A stretch of 64,000 bases of DNA from Eledone cirrhosa (GCA_964016885.1 OZ024741.1:313348001-313412000); one strand, 5' to 3'; counted from the first letter of the stretch, positions 39,351-56,995 are shown. Numbers and translations: made by a program. The notes: generated by a model from the sequence alone, not told the origin.

Positions 39351-40510
39351 TAGGAATCGCTTTTGAGGACAATGCAAGCTATGTACAGGGGTGCTGTCAG
39401 TAAAGTGACGAGAGAAATGGAGTTTAGTGAGGAATTTCAGATACAAGTAGGTGTGCATAAAGGTTCGCTCCTCAGCCAATCTTATTCATTATAGTCCTCC
39501 AAGCCATAACTGAGAAGTTTAAGGCTGGCTGCCCATGGAAACTTCTAAATGCTGATGATATGGTTCTTATAGCAGATTCAGTAGAGGAACTAGAGAATAA
39601 ATTCTGGCTATGGAAACAGCAGTTGGAATCAAGAGGCCTGAGAGTGAAGATAGGTAAATCAAAAGTGTTGATAAGTAGAAGAGAGGACAATGCTCTGATT
39701 CCATCGGAGAATTGGCCATTTTAGATATATAGGAACGGAACTGGCATAAATTCCATAAAACTTACGCAATGTTGATCTTGGAGACACAAGAGATGTAGTG
39801 GGATATCAGGCTAACTAAGAGGTAGGGAAATGTCCGTATGCAATAGAGGTACAGGGCACGATGGCTGTAGTAATCGCTGTGATACAATCATTTCTCCAAT
39901 GCAGGTGGGTTCTAGAGAAGAGGTTGATAGCTTCCTGAACCTAGGTGATCAGATAAGCATGGGAGTAGGGTGTTCCGCGTCCATAGTATCTAGAATAAGG
40001 ACGGTTTGGAAGAGGTTTATGGAGCTGCTTCTTCTTTTGTCAAAGGCGCGTTTCTCCCTGCATAGAAAATGACGGTCATATGATACTTGTGTGAGATGCG
40101 AGGATGCTGCATTATAGTTAGAAATGGACAGAAACTGCTGAAGATATGCGACGGCTGGAGAGAAATGAAGCAAGTATGCAAAGTTCGAGGTGCAATTTTA
40201 ATGTGTGTGAACGACCAAGCATATACGAGTTTAAAAGGAAACTGGGTATAAGTGGGATAAGTTGTGGTGTGAGGAGATAAGGCTGAGATGGTATGGACAT
40301 ATGATGTGCATGGAGGATGAGCGCTGGGTAAAGAAGTGCCATGAAGTCCAAGTGGAGGGAAGACACGGTAGAGGTAGACCACGAAAGACATAGGCGGCGC
40401 TGGTGAAACTCACCGAGGAGATGACAAAGGATCGTGACAAGTGGGGAAATTTCTGTGCTGAATAGGACTCGTGCCACCGCAGGGTAAAGCGGGCGGAAAA
40501 GTGATAATAA
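39351..40510 (+). mobile_element. RTE-clade LINE 3' fragment (unit C)
   Basis: Paralog with the same junctions. Confidence 0.85.
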
Positions 40511-40885
40511 ATAAAAATGATTGTGAAGAGAGTACAATTTGCCAAATATAATTTTCAGTTAACAAAATGCTTTAAGTGAACAGTTTTATTAGTAAACAAC
40601 ATGCTACCACACCATCACTTGATACGCGGTAAATTTAAAACCTAAATATTCCTTATCCAATATGTATAATTATTACGTGCCGATATGATTTTACTTTCGA
40701 CCTGCTTTGTTTCGTGGGGAAATTACCGCATATTTTCCGATAGTTTAGATAATTCAGTGAATCATTATACCATTCATATTATAACTATGATATTCATGAT
40801 AATATTATAGATATAAATATGTGTATATATGTATGTATGTGTGTGTGTATGTGTGTATGTATGCATTTATATATATACAGTATAT

Positions 40886-43406
<2,521 letters not shown>

Positions 43407-43410
43407 GTGT

Positions 43411-43488
<78 letters not shown>

Positions 43489-43885
43489 ATTTGTGAGAGT
43501 ATGTTTGTAAATATGTATTTATATCTATACAGTATATATTTGTGTGTATGTGTGTGTGTCTGTGTGTTTTTTATTTAAATGTAAGAATGTCGCAAATACA
43601 TATCGCAGTAACTGGTAGAATATGTTAATATTTGGAAGGATTATAGATAATATTTTTCTTATAATATTGTATGTTACTTTCATAATGTTATTAACATTGC
43701 ATTTAATTGAACTAAAAAACCAAGTATTTTTTATAAAGGATCGATATGATATTCAATAAATCTACAACATCAATTGTTTAACACCTGATCACTTTAACCT
43801 TGAAATTTAATATAAAATTGTATCATTGTTATATGTATGTAATTAATGATATCTTCAACATTATCATATATATTGATATTTTTAG

Positions 43886-44020
43886 AATGCCGAGTAGGAC
43901 ACTTTGGTTTTGCTTGCAATGGGACATGTCATTGTATCAACAATATTAACTGTGACAAGCGAAATGGAAGATGTTTAGATGGATGTTCTGCAGGTTATAC
44001 TGGTTTCAATTGCCAAGAAG
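43886..44020 (+). CDS. EGF-like repeat exon 8 (intact, identical to exon 5)
   Basis: AG/GT intact; nucleotide sequence identical to 23299-23433. Confidence 0.8.
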
Positions 44021-44098
44021 GTATCTTATATAATTGTTACGTAATTATTATACACACGCACACACACATACACAGACCCACAGACACACAGATACACG

Positions 44099-44138
<40 letters not shown>

Positions 44139-44738
44139 TAAAAGTTTGCTACCTTGTATATATATATATATATATATATTCACATATATATATATATATA
44201 TTTATATATATATTTATATATATACATATAAAAACAGAAATTAATTTATAATATATACCGTATATGCCGGTGTAAAATTTAATCCGCTGCATATCTCGAC
44301 CCATCAAATTTTGTGGTACAAATCAGGTTTAGGCCTATATACGCCAGTTTAGACGACACCCCTGGTATAAGGGTTTACCTTCTTCCCAGTCTTAGATATG
44401 TTTGCCGTTGTTTATTTGCATCAAATAGAAAACATTAAAATAAACACTAAATAGTTGTAAAATAAAAATACACGTGAAGAAAGTACAAGTTGCAACATTT
44501 ATTTTTCAGTTAACAAAATTATTTAAGTGAACTGTTTTATTAGTAAACAATATCCTACCTCACCGTGACTTGATACGCGGGAATTTTAAAAGCCTAAATA
44601 TTCCTTATCCTAAATATTACTTATCCAGCTTAGATGGCGATATATATTTACTTTCGACCTGTTATGTTTCGTGAGGAAATTACAGTAGTTTTCCGATAAT
44701 TTAGATAATTCAGTGAATCAGTTTACTATTAATACTAA

Positions 44739-45900
44739 TAGGAATCGCTTTTGAGGACAATGCAAGCTATGTAAAGGGGTGCTGTCAGTAAAGTGACGAT
44801 AGAAATGGAGTTTAGTGAGGAATTTCAGATACAAGTAGGTGTGCATAAAGGTTCGCTCCTCAGCCAATCTTATTCATTATAGTCCTCCAAGCCATAACTG
44901 AGGAGTTTAAGACTGGCTGCCCATGGGAACTTCTCGATGCTGATGATCTGTTTCTTATAGCAGATTCACTAGAGGAGCTAGAGAATAAATTCTGGCTATG
45001 GAAACACCAGTTGGAATCAAGAGCCCTGAGTGTGAAGATAGGTAAATCAAAAGTGTTGATAAGTAGAAGAGAGAACAATGCTCTGATTCCATCGGAGAAT
45101 TGGCCATTTTAGATATATAGGAAAGGAACTGGCATAAATCCCATAAAATTTACGCAATGTTGATCTTGGAGACACAAGAGATGTAGTGGGATATCAGGCT
45201 AACTAAGAGGTAGGGAAAATTACGTATGCACTAGAGGTAAAGGGCACGATGGCAGTAGTAATCGCTGTGATATAATCATTTTTCCAATGCAGGTGGGTTC
45301 TAGAGAAGAGGTTGATAGCTTCCTGAACCTAGGTGATCAGATAAGCATGGGAGTAGGGTGTTCCGCGTCCATAGTATCTAGAATAAGGACTGTTTGGAAG
45401 AAGTTTATGGAGCTGCTTCTTCTTTTGTCAAAGGCGCGTTACTCCCTGCGTAGAAAATGACGATTATATGATACCTGTGTGAGATGCGAGGATGCTACAT
45501 TGTAGTTAGAAATGGACAGCAACTGCTGAAGATATGCGATGGCTGGAGAGAAATGAAGCAAGTATGCAAAGTTCGAAGTGCAATTTTAACGTGTGTGAAC
45601 GACCAAGCATATACAAGTTGAAAAGGAAACTGGGTATAAGGGGGATAAGTTCTGGTGTGAGGAGATAAGGCTGAGATGGTATGGGCATATGATGTGCATG
45701 GAGGATGAGCGCTGGGTAAAGAAGTGCCAGGAAGTCCAAATGGAGGGAAGACACAGTAGAGATAGACCACGAAAAACATGGGCGGCGCTGGTGAAACTCA
45801 CCGAGGAGATGATAAAGGATCGTGACAAGTGGGGAGATGCTGTGCTGAATAGGACCCGTCCCACCGCAGGGTAAATCGGGTGGAAAAGTTTATAATAAAT
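44739..45900 (+). mobile_element. RTE-clade LINE 3' fragment (unit D)
   Basis: Paralog; ORF 45689..45874 contains EGRHSRDRPRKTW. Confidence 0.85.
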
Positions 45901-46283
45901 AAAAATGATTGTGAAGAAAGTACAATTTGCCAAATATACTTTTCAGTTAACAAAATGCTTTAACTGAACAGTTTTATTAGTAAACAACATGCTACCACAC
46001 CATCACTTGATACGCGGTAAATTTAAAACCTAAATATTACTTATCCAATCTGTATCATTATTACGTGGCGATATGATTTTACTTTCGACATACTTTGTTT
46101 CGTGGGGAAATTACCGCATATTTTCCGATAGTTTAGATAATTCAGTGAATCATTATACCATTCATATTATAACTATGATATTCATGATAATATTATAGAT
46201 ATAAATATGTGTATATATGTATGTATGTGTGTGTGTATGTGTGTATGTATGCATTTATATATATACAGTATATATATATATAT

Positions 46284-48641
46284 AAATACACGTCAGTATG
46301 GATTTATACGAACTGGATTACACCCTGAAGTACATTCCAACTCACTCCAACCATGCTCACCAAAGGCTCCTCCCACAAAAAGCGCAAGATGTCGTCGGAC
46401 GCTTAAGATGCCGAGCCCTAGCTTTTAACGGCAAAATTACAGGCACCAAGAACAGCTTCAACCTGAAATCTAAAGCCTACCCTCCTAAGGTATCTGAACT
46501 TGCTCCTTTCGAGACGGACCTTCTTGCCTTAGTCGCTAACATTTCCTTTCGCAAACACACTAACACATTTCAAACTAAACTCAGAAATGATATAAAGTAA
46601 TTTAGGTCTTCTAATAACACCTTCATTCTTTCCGACAAAACTAATAATATATACGAAGTCGACAAGACCACTTTGCGCCACCTGGCCCATAACGCTATTA
46701 CTTCTAAATATAAAAAAATCTAACCCTATAGCCTACCACGACATTAATACAGAATCCAGGGGACTTGCTGCCGACCTTAAAGTAATTAAGAAGCTACAAT
46801 CTCTAGCTAAGCGGGAGGCGTTCCTCATCCTGAAAGATCACAAGGTAGCTTTTACTTCTAACCCCACATGTAGACTAATAAACCCGGCACGCACAGATAT
46901 GGGACTAGTCAGTAAGGCCATACATTGAAACATAGTTAAGACCATTAGGACCAAGTCCAACCTGCCCCAGTGGGAGAACAGCGACTCCGTAATTAAGTGG
47001 TTTAACTCCTTAAAATCCCCAAAAGCGAAGTTCACACAGTTTGATATTGTCGATTTTTACCCGTCGATCTCAGAGACCCTGTTAAACAAAGCGTTGGACT
47101 TCGCTACCACTTATACCACCGTAGATGGTTTAGACAGGGAAAACGTGGCTCACTGCCGGAATACCTTCCTCTTCAATGACGGAATAGCCTGGGCAAAGAA
47201 GTCTACAACTTCAGACCTATTCAACGACTCCATGGGATCGTTTGACAGTGCTGACGTATGTGAATTGGTTGGCATATTTATCTCAGACATATTACGTGTT
47301 AGATTCCCGGACTTCCACACGGGAATATACCGCGACGATGGACTGATTTTATCGATCCATAAAAGTGGTCACGACTGCGACAGGTTTAAAAAAGACTTAG
47401 CTTCTACCTTCAATGAATTAGAACTTAGAATAACAGTTGCCACCAAGCTCTCTAGCGTAGATTTCTTAGACGTTAATTTAGACCTTCGCACACACACACA
47501 ACACACACACAGACCCTTCCATAAACTAAACGAGAAACTCAATTACATTCACAAGGACTCATGCCACCCTCTCACTGTTTTTAGAAACTTCGTTAAGAAT
47601 ATCAGTACTAGAATCTCAAACCTCTCCTCTAATAAGGCTATCTTTGACAGGGCGGCACCCTACTATAACAGAGCGTTGGTTAACAGCGGCTTCTCACAAC
47701 CTATCACCTACTCTCCCACTAGCAAGAATACCATTCAGAAAAGTAAGCGTAACAATAGACAAAATACGTGCTTCTCTCCTTCCGTCTCACTCAACGTTAA
47801 AACCAATGAAGGAAAAAAGATGTCTAGCCCTCTTAGATAGACACTTTCCCATAGGTCATAAATACCGCTCCATCCTTAACCGACACAAATTTAAACTAGG
47901 ATACTCCTACACTAAGATCCTGAAGGCCCACATCACCAGCAGCCTTAGCAAAAACACCCAACCAGGGTGCTCTTGCCGTAAGCACGAAGCTTGCCTCCCT
48001 CAACAGCAATGCAACACACCAGCTATAATTTATGAAGCTGTGGTCACTTCCAACCGACCAAACGAACCACAGGATCTCAAATCCTATGTGGGCATGGCGG
48101 GAGGCCGATTTAAGGAAGTTTCCTGAACCACCAGTCTAACTTAAGGTACCCGGACATACATCCACGAAACTCGTGAGCAACGTATGGTCCCTCAAGGACT
48201 CAAGTATAGACTACTCCATCCAATGGAAGGCCATAACTATGTCTAAGCCATACGCAAGGGGAAATCCGACGTGTGGCTTATGTATTGACGAACGAATAAC
48301 TATTCTAAAGAGATTACGCAATAGTGATGGCCTAAACACGAGAAATGAATTTTTCACACGTTGTCCACACGTGGCCAAACACCTCTTGAATAACTACAAA
48401 TCCCCGGACTGATTCCTTGTAATTTTATTTTCAACTAAAATTGTTCGGACTTTCACAGTTATCTCCCTTACGCCTCTCGCACGCATCTAGTATTGCCTCT
48501 GTGAGGTGACCGGATTTCGGCGCATGCGCGTTCGTACGGTTGTCCTTCCTGTTCCTATAACCATGCCCATTACGAGCTGAGGATCTGCTAGGGTGAAACA
48601 ATTGTTCTCGGTATGGTAAACTAACTGTTGTGTAACCACCA

Positions 48642-48644
<3 letters not shown>
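46284..48644 (+). mobile_element. Naiad-like PLE-B (unit D)
   Basis: ORF 47094..47840 contains the RT core; CSCRKHEAC; CGLC..CPH. Confidence 0.92.
48560..48617 (+). ncRNA. Minimal type I hammerhead ribozyme, PLE-B
   Basis: Same sequence as 32439-32496. Confidence 0.75.
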
Positions 48645-48678
<34 letters not shown>

Positions 48679-48685
48679 TCAGAAA

Positions 48686-48749
<64 letters not shown>

Positions 48750-48752
<3 letters not shown>

Positions 48753-50150
48753 CAAAATATGTTTAAAATAGTTCCATGTATTTTATTATGCGCATTTCAA
48801 AACAAATATCATCATGAGTTGACATTTGCGTTATCGTCAGATAAAATAGGGATACATGATATGAAGGGTTCAAAACACTTGTGAATAGAGAAGTTTTAAA
48901 TCAACATATGAAACGTAATTTAAGATTGATGTGTGATATTGGGAAAAAAGTGAGGGGGGTGATGGTGGAAAGGGTGAAAAAGAGGAAGAGATGAGAGTAA
49001 AGAATGGTGGGGGAGGAGTATAATAAGGAAGGCTGAGATAGGAGGAGAGATGGGTGATAGAAAGAGAGAGATAGCCTTTATAACTGAGAACAAATATATA
49101 TTGTTTCACAGAGAGAGGTTAAAAATCATTTGGAAGATAATATATAATTAAAAGAATTTGAAAATAAAGAGTTGATGAAGAGAAAAAAATTAAGAATAAT
49201 TTTAAATTAAGGTTTGTATATTGAAGGGTTTAATAATATGTGCGATGAAAAGAAATTGTTAATATTAAAACAAAAATATTAATGTTATTAAGGATATAAT
49301 GTGAAAAGAAGTAGAAGAGTGGATGAATTATGAATTCAAAGGAATTAGTTAGTGTTTAAGTTTGTTTTTATGTAATGTAATATGTATGCGTAATATATGT
49401 AAATAGTTTGTTTACAAATGAGCGCAGAAAGCAAAGAAGAAAATATTGTTTAAGGAAGAGAAGACTCTAACACCAAAATATATATGTTTATGATATTTTC
49501 TAATGGTAATAATATAAAGTAATAAAGGAGATTAGTTAGGGTTTAAGTTTGTTTTGATGTATTGTGATATGTAATATGTAAAAGTAAAAGGAGCATGAAA
49601 GGGAGAAAAATATAATGAACTGAGGAGGAATAATCTAACGTCAAAAAAATATTTATGTTTACGAATGATTTTTAAATGTAATGCTATAAAGTATTTAAGA
49701 GGTAATAATAATTTTTATGGCCAATGATATGAATAAAGATGGAAGAGTGGATATGTTGTGGTGAGTAATAATAAGAATTAAGAAGTGTTTAGGAAGAAAA
49801 AGTACTGATTAGAGGTTAGAAATTAAAAGAAAAGAGGAAGAAAGGAAAGTGATAAATAGGAATGATATAGAATGAGTAACTAGTATTATATGATGTATAA
49901 TAAATAATATTGAAATAAGGTAGAAAGATAGGTATATTTTTAAAGAAATATATATATAAGCCTTTGGGAAAAAGGATTTTAAACTAGTAAAGTATTAGAT
50001 ATTAGCTGTATATTTTAGATCTGTATCTGATTTAGATTCTATAATAAATAGACGCACTGACTTATATTCTCTCTGCTTGCAAACATTCCACAGAACATTC
50101 CATAAAGTATACAGCTAATATCTAATACTTTACCAGTTTAAAATCCTATA
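48750..50150 (-). mobile_element. Non-coding PLE 3'/pLTR fragment with short inverted 5' end
   Basis: Hammerhead near the (TA)n end; strong strand bias; ~49972-50012 is inverted relative to ~50108-50147. Confidence 0.65.
48779..48848 (-). ncRNA. Canonical type I hammerhead ribozyme
   Basis: Minus strand: tattttat CTGACGA [gcaaatgtca..tgatatttgt] GAAA TGCGCA TA ataaaata; perfect 8-bp stem I. Confidence 0.85.
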
Positions 50151-50189
50151 TCAGTATACCATTAATATAATAACTATAATATTAATACT

Positions 50190-51268
50190 AATAGGAAAGG
50201 CTTGTGAGGACAATGCAAGCTACGTACAGGGGTGCTGTCAGTAAAGTGACAATAGAAATGGAGTTTAGTGAGGAATTCTACATACAAGTAGGTGTCCATC
50301 AAGGTTCGCTTCCCAGCCAAATCTTGTTCATTATAGTCCTCCAAGCCATAACAGAGGAGTATAAGACTGGCTGCCCATGGGAACTTCTCTATGATGATGA
50401 TCTGGTTCTTATAGCAGATTCAGTAGAGGTGCTATTGAATACATTATGGGTATGGAAACATCAGTTGGAATCAAGAGGCCTCAGAGTGAACATAGCTAAA
50501 ACAAAAGTGTTGATAAGTAGAAGAGAGGACAATGCTCTGATTCTATCAGGGAATTGGCCATGTTAGATATATAGGAAAGGAACTGGCATAAATTCCATAA
50601 AATGTACGCAATGCTGATCTTGGAGACACAAGAGATGTAGTGGGATATCAGGCAAACTAACAGGTAGGGAAAACTACGTATGCAATAGTGGTACAGGGAA
50701 AGTTGGCAGTAGTAATCGCTGTGATAGTCTCATTTTTCCAATGCAGATGGCTTCTATAGAAGTGGTTGATATGCTTCCGGTACTTTGCGCGATCAGATAA
50801 ACATGGAGGAAGGTGTTCCGCGTCCATAGTATCTAGAATGACGACGAGTTGGAAGAAATTTATAGAGTTGCTTCCTCTATTGACAAAGAAGCGTAGAAAA
50901 GGACGGTTATATGATACATGTTTGAGATGCGAGGATGCTGCATTGTAGTTATAATTGGACAGCAACTGCTGAATATATGCGACGGCTGGAGAGAAATGAA
51001 GCAAGTATGCTCCGTTGGATGTGCAATTTTAATATGCGAGAACGACCAAGCATAGACGAGTTGAAAAGGAAACTGGGTATACGAGGGATAAGTTGTGGTG
51101 TGCAGGAGAGAAGGCTGAGATGGTATGGATATATGATGTGCATGGAGGATGAGCGCTGGGTGAAGAAATGCCAGAAGTCCAAGTGGAGGGAAGACGCAGT
51201 AGAGGTAGACCACAAAAAACATGGGCGAAAGTGGCGAAACTCACCGAGGAGATGGTGAATAGGACCCC
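50190..51268 (+). mobile_element. RTE-clade LINE 3' fragment
   Basis: ORF 50204..50566 QVGVHQGS..CPWELLYDDDLVLI; RRLRWYG; GRRSRGRPQKTW. Confidence 0.9.
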
Positions 51269-51361
51269 TCTTATAATACTGTTTGTTTCTTTCAAAATAT
51301 TTTTTACATTGCATGTAACTGAACTAAAAATCCATGTATGTTTTATAGAGAATAGTTATAA

Positions 51362-51990
51362 TCTATATATATAAAACTGAGAGTGTCTGTATGTTTGTGT
51401 GTGTGTGTCTGTGAGTTTGAATCCCTAAAATTCGAGACGTACCGAACCGATTTTTTGAAAGTTTACATGTCTACTTATGTTTCAAGGAATGTTAGGCACA
51501 TACAATTCAACATTTTGGATCTCTTAGGACCGTGCATTAGGTGAATAATTGCGTTTTATTTCAGATTTTAGGGGTATCATGAGGCGTTACGTCAGAGCGA
51601 TTTTCTTGAAATTGTAACTATGTATTAGTCAGTCTCTTCTTCATACCGGGAGCAACGTAAATCCAACTTTTTTATTGCCTAGTGTCCGCATTAGGTGAGC
51701 TTTTTATGGCTTTTTTGAGGCGTTACGTCTAGCCGAATTTCCCGAAACTTCAAGGCATATTATGCACAGAAAAACAATTCATTTTCTTGATCCCCTAGGG
51801 TACACATTAGGTGAATAACTCTATTTTTCCTGCTTCTTCGAGGAAAATCTTGAAGATTATCCAGCCATCAGAGTATTCGGTTTATCTTCTTTACATATTG
51901 TCCAGGCATTAAGTTTTTCCACTATTAAGTCTGTTGGCGGCACGCGTTCCAAAATACCTTACCTCGTGCAATGTCGGGTACTATTGCTAG
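51362..51990 (+). mobile_element. Non-autonomous Helitron, paralog of 11041-11680
   Basis: a|TC..CTAG|t at the same intronic site. Confidence 0.85.
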
Positions 51991-52125
51991 TATTCAATAA
52001 ATATACACGTTCATTTCTTTATTCTAAGACCATCTAATCGTAAAATTTTGTATAAAATTGTATCATTGATATCTAGATGTAATTAATGATTTATGAAACA
52101 TTATCACATATAGTGATATATTTAG

Positions 52126-52260
52126 TATGCCGAGCAGAAACGTTTGGTGTTACTTGTAATGAGACATGCCATTGTATCAACAGCATACATTTTGACAAGT
52201 GAAATGAAACATGTTCATATGGATGTTCTGCAGGTTATACTGTTGTCAATTGCCAAGAAG
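52126..52260 (+). pseudogene. EGF pseudo-exon 9
   Basis: In-frame TGA (from CGA), Cys>Phe, donor GT>AT; paralog of exon 3 (same AT donor, same upstream Helitron). Confidence 0.8.
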
Positions 52261-52366
52261 ATATCTTATAAAATTGTTACGTACTTACTACACACTCACA
52301 CATACACACAACCACATACGCACACCGACACATACATACACACACACACACAAATGCACACACACG

Positions 52367-52418
<52 letters not shown>

Positions 52419-52419
<1 letters not shown>

Positions 52420-53056
52420 TGGTAAACGGAATAGAAAATGCTGACAAATTGTTCACAGTGAAAAATATTTTAATTAGGAATAAGTGATAATTAGTAATAG
52501 TATTGGTCAGTATTAAGTTTTGATTTTAAGTTTTACCGGTTGCGTATTTCTAATGCTTTTCAAAAATAATTTTGAGATAGAGCATCCGTGATGTTTGCTC
52601 TGATCTGATTAGTTTTGGGAATTCTACCTGTTTTTATGTTTAAAAATGGCTCCAGCGGTATTAAAATAAGTTTTGCGCCAATTCGTGTTTCAAAAATTCT
52701 TGTGGTGAAAACAATTTTGATTGGTCGGTAGAGGTCATGTGAATGTAAAACATTGATTTTGCGCCAAATGTAGGTTTGTGTCGGCTGACTGAGAGATAAG
52801 TCTTTCACAACAAATGTGTGTGTGTGTAGTAGTAGTAAAGAGGTTCGTTGTTGTGATAATGGTCAGCAGGGATGTGTGTGCGAACCGCAGCCTGTTGATA
52901 GTTCAAATGCCTATTAAGACAAGTGTGTGTGTGTGTGTGTGTGTGTAGCAGAGTAATTCGTGGTAGAGGGATGGTCAGTAGGAATGTGTCTGTATGTGTG
53001 TGGGGGATATTTTAACATGTTAAAAGATATTTTTTCAGCTCTTGTCTTATACGGAG

Positions 53057-53141
<85 letters not shown>

Positions 53142-53260
53142 TGTGTGTGTATGTGTGTGTGTGTGTGTGTGTCTTTGTATGTTAGTGTGTCTGTAAGTGT
53201 GTGGGGGATATTTTAACATGCTAAAAGATATGTTTTCAGCTATTGACTCATACGGAGAAT

Positions 53261-53293
<33 letters not shown>

Positions 53294-54066
53294 ATCTCTT
53301 TGTATGTTAATGTACGCGTGTGTATGTGTGTGTGTGTATATATGTGCGTGTGTGTGGGAGAGAGAGAATGTGTGTGTGGGTGGATCAGTATTTATTTATG
53401 TTAAAATGGTGTACATTATTCGATATTTTCAGTAAAATCGATTCTCTCAATAGAACATCAAAAACCTTAATAGTAAAAGGTGTGAAATGATATATAGTAT
53501 TCCAATACGGCAAGGCCTAATGAATTCCCTTTGCAGTACGTACAATCTGGACATACTCCAGATACATATGTGTGCACAGGTATACAATTTGTGCACGGGT
53601 ATACAATTTCTGGACACACTCAGATACATATTTATGCACAGGTATTCCAACACGGCAAGGCCTAATGAATCCCCCTTGCAATACGTACAATCTGGACACA
53701 CTCACACACACCTTGGTATTTAACCAATACTATATATCATTTCACACCTTTTATTATTAAGGTTTTTGATGTTCTATTGAGAGAATCGATTTTACTGAAA
53801 ATATCGAATAATGTACACCATTTTAACATAAATAAATACGCCCCCCCCACACACACATTCTCTCATACACACATATATATACACACACACATACACACGC
53901 GTACATTAACATACAAAGAGACTTACACACACAAACACACACACACACACACTTCTCCGTATAAGACAAGAGCTGAACAAATATCTTTTAACATGTTAAA
54001 ATATCCCCCACACACTTACAGACACACTAACATACACATAGACACACACACGCACACACACATACA

Positions 54067-54099
<33 letters not shown>

Positions 54100-54613
54100 T
54101 TGTCTTAATAGGCATTTGAACTGTCAACAGGCTGCGGTTCGCACACACATCCCTGCTGACCATTATCACAACAACGAACCTCTTTACTACTCCTACACAC
54201 ACACGCACACACACATATTTGTTGTGAAAGACTTATCTCTCAGTCAGCCGACACAAACCTACATTTGGCGCAAAATCAATTTTTTACATTCACATCACCT
54301 CTACCGACCAATCAGAATTGTTTTGACCACAAGAATTTTGGCAACACGAATTGGCGCAAAACTTATTTTAATACCGCCGAACCCACTTTTTTAACATAAA
54401 AACAGGTAGAATTCCCCAAACTAATCAGATCTGAGCAAACATCACGGACGCTCTATCTCAAAATTATTTTTGAAAAGCATTAGAAATGCGCAACCGGTAA
54501 AACTTAAAACCAAAACTTAATACTAACCAATACTATTACTAATTATCACTTATTCCTAATTAAACTATTTTTAACTGTGAACAATTTGTCAGCATTTTCT
54601 ATTCCGTTTACTA
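52419..54613. mobile_element. ~2.2-kb foldback/MITE-like element
   Basis: Long inverted arms ~52419-53500 and ~53726-54613 containing (GT)n/(CA)n; central spacer with a ~60-bp direct repeat; no ORF. Confidence 0.8.
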
Positions 54614-54652
54614 ATATATCATAACTTGTGTGTTACACCTCTATTCTTTTAA

Positions 54653-54726
<74 letters not shown>

Positions 54727-54922
54727 TATATATTCAGTTTTGAGATTCACCACTGGATAGAGCTGGTTAATTCCGTATGGTCAATCTCAATGTAATAATA
54801 TAGAGAGTACTCAACGTAAAGCAGTTCAACCGTCTTTGTTTTTGTAGTTGGTGGTGCTATTACGGAGTTAAATATTATAATGACATGACAGGAGGCTGGA
54901 TTTGTGTAAATCCTTGAAAGGT

Positions 54923-54999
54923 TTATTATACTATGATCATTTCAATGACCGGGTTCCGTATGAATCCGGTGATATCATCAGGTATTCAAAATATAATAA
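54923..54999 (-). ncRNA. Type I hammerhead ribozyme (inverted copy)
   Basis: Minus strand: atac CTGATGA [accggattc..gaacccggt] GAAA TGATCA TA gtat. Confidence 0.8.
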
Positions 55000-56917
55000 G
55001 TGATTGTAATAGATAAAATCCATGGGGCTGAAAATCAAAGACCCGAGGGCGACCGCCATCCAGCATCTTCTACTTTGCCGGTCGCCCCCGAGTGACGTCG
55101 ATAAAGCTTACAGTGTGCTACTACCGGTCAAATAAAGGAAAATAGAAAGGGATAGGAACATAAGTTAACGTTAATATCATGCCACAAGAAAAAAGAAAGA
55201 AAGAAAGAAAGAAGAGAGAAGAAGGGGGAAGGAAGAAGAAGAGAAGCCAGGGTTAATGTACATGTATAAGGAGAAAGATAGAAAGAAAGAGGAGGAAACG
55301 TCGGTATTACAGTCAGGCCAGGAATGTCGCGAAATGTTGCTAACTTGTACCCATTAGCACACGACACTAGAATGTCCCCCCCCCTGAGAACAAAAATAAA
55401 TATTACCCGACTATATCCCTTACTCTACATCCCACTAGGATAACTTATAGAAGATCTACATAATACAATTAACGTTTCTTCATAAAATATTCTCTTTAAC
55501 TAAACTCCGCAACCCAAAACCTTAAAAACGTTTTTTGTTTGTTCAATTCTCAATCTTCTTACTCTTTAATTTTATAATGTTATTCTGAATTCTTTCAACT
55601 TCATCCTATAAATTTAAACAATATTTTAACGTTCCAACTTTCTGTCGGACTGTTGGGTTGGTATCCTGGCGGCGGGACCGGCCCCCTGGCACATAGGCCT
55701 ACCTTGAGTGCTTGGAAAAATAAATTTCCCCTTCTTTCGGTAAATGAAACTACTCGGAGTGGCTTCATTCGCCCCAGGGGCCCGGCCCGCAGCCGGTTTT
55801 TTAACCGCCATATAGTACCTTTAAATTACAGATCAAATCAGAACTATTAGATATATCACGCCTCCCTCTACTTAAGCAAACCCCCCTCCTAGGTAAAGGA
55901 ATAGTACTGGTTTTGTACAAGAATGGCATAACGATGAGGGCTGACTTCCTGCTGGCGCAACTGAAGCCTGTTATACATTTCTAGAGTGCTCGGAAAAATC
56001 GATTTCCATATCTTTCGCTAGGCGATATCACTCGGAGTGATGGGCTGCCCAAGCTTGTAGTCGCCGCATGCTATTTGATGGCTAAACAAAGACATAATCT
56101 TTACTCTATAATTAAATTTAAGTGTCTTCATAAAAGACTCTTTATTTGATTAAACCTCGCAACCTGAAAAATGTTAAACTGTTTAACTTTAAATTTTCTA
56201 ATTTCTTTAATTTTATAATGTTTATGTTAAATATTAATGTTTTAACTTCATCCTATAAGTCTAAACAAAAATGTAATGTTCCAATCTTCTGCTCACACAT
56301 TATAACACACTGACTCCACTATATTTACCTCTGTTAAAATACGGGTCCCTTTGAACATTTTTTTCGCACCATTCCTGGCCTGACTGTAGTCTGACGTTAA
56401 TGTCGACCTTTCTTCCTCTTTCTTTCCATCTTTCTTCTTGTAGCCACCAACCCTGACCTTTCTTCCTCTCTTCTCCCTTCTTTCTGTCTTCCTACCGCTG
56501 ACTTATCCTCCTTCCCCTTTTTGTTTGCCTATATTTGACCGGTAGTAGTTATTAAGATACGGGACCCTTAGAATAAACATTTTTTCGCGACATTCCTGGA
56601 CTGACTGTAATACCGACCTTTCCTCCTCTTTCTTTCTATCTTTCTCCTTATAGCTGACATTAACCCTGGCTTCTCTTCTTCTTCCTTCCCCCTTCTTCTC
56701 TCTTCTTTCTTTCTTTCTTTCTTTTTTCTTCTGGCATGATATTAACGATAACTTATGTTCCAATCCCTTTCTATTTTCCTTTATTTGACCGATAGTAGCA
56801 CACTGTAAGCTTTAGCAACGTCACTCGAGGGCAACCGGCAAAGGTAGAAGATGCTAGATGGCGGTCGCCCTCGGGTCTTTGATTTTCTGCCCCATGGATT
56901 TTATCTATTACATTCAC

Positions 56918-56995
56918 TTATTATATTTCGAATACCTGATGATATCACCGGATTCATACGGAACCCGGACATTGAAATGATCATAGTATAATAAA
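56918..56995 (+). ncRNA. Type I hammerhead ribozyme
   Basis: CTGATGA 56936-56942; GAAA TGATCA TA 56974-56985; stem I atac/gtat with distal extension ttatt/aataa. Confidence 0.8.
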
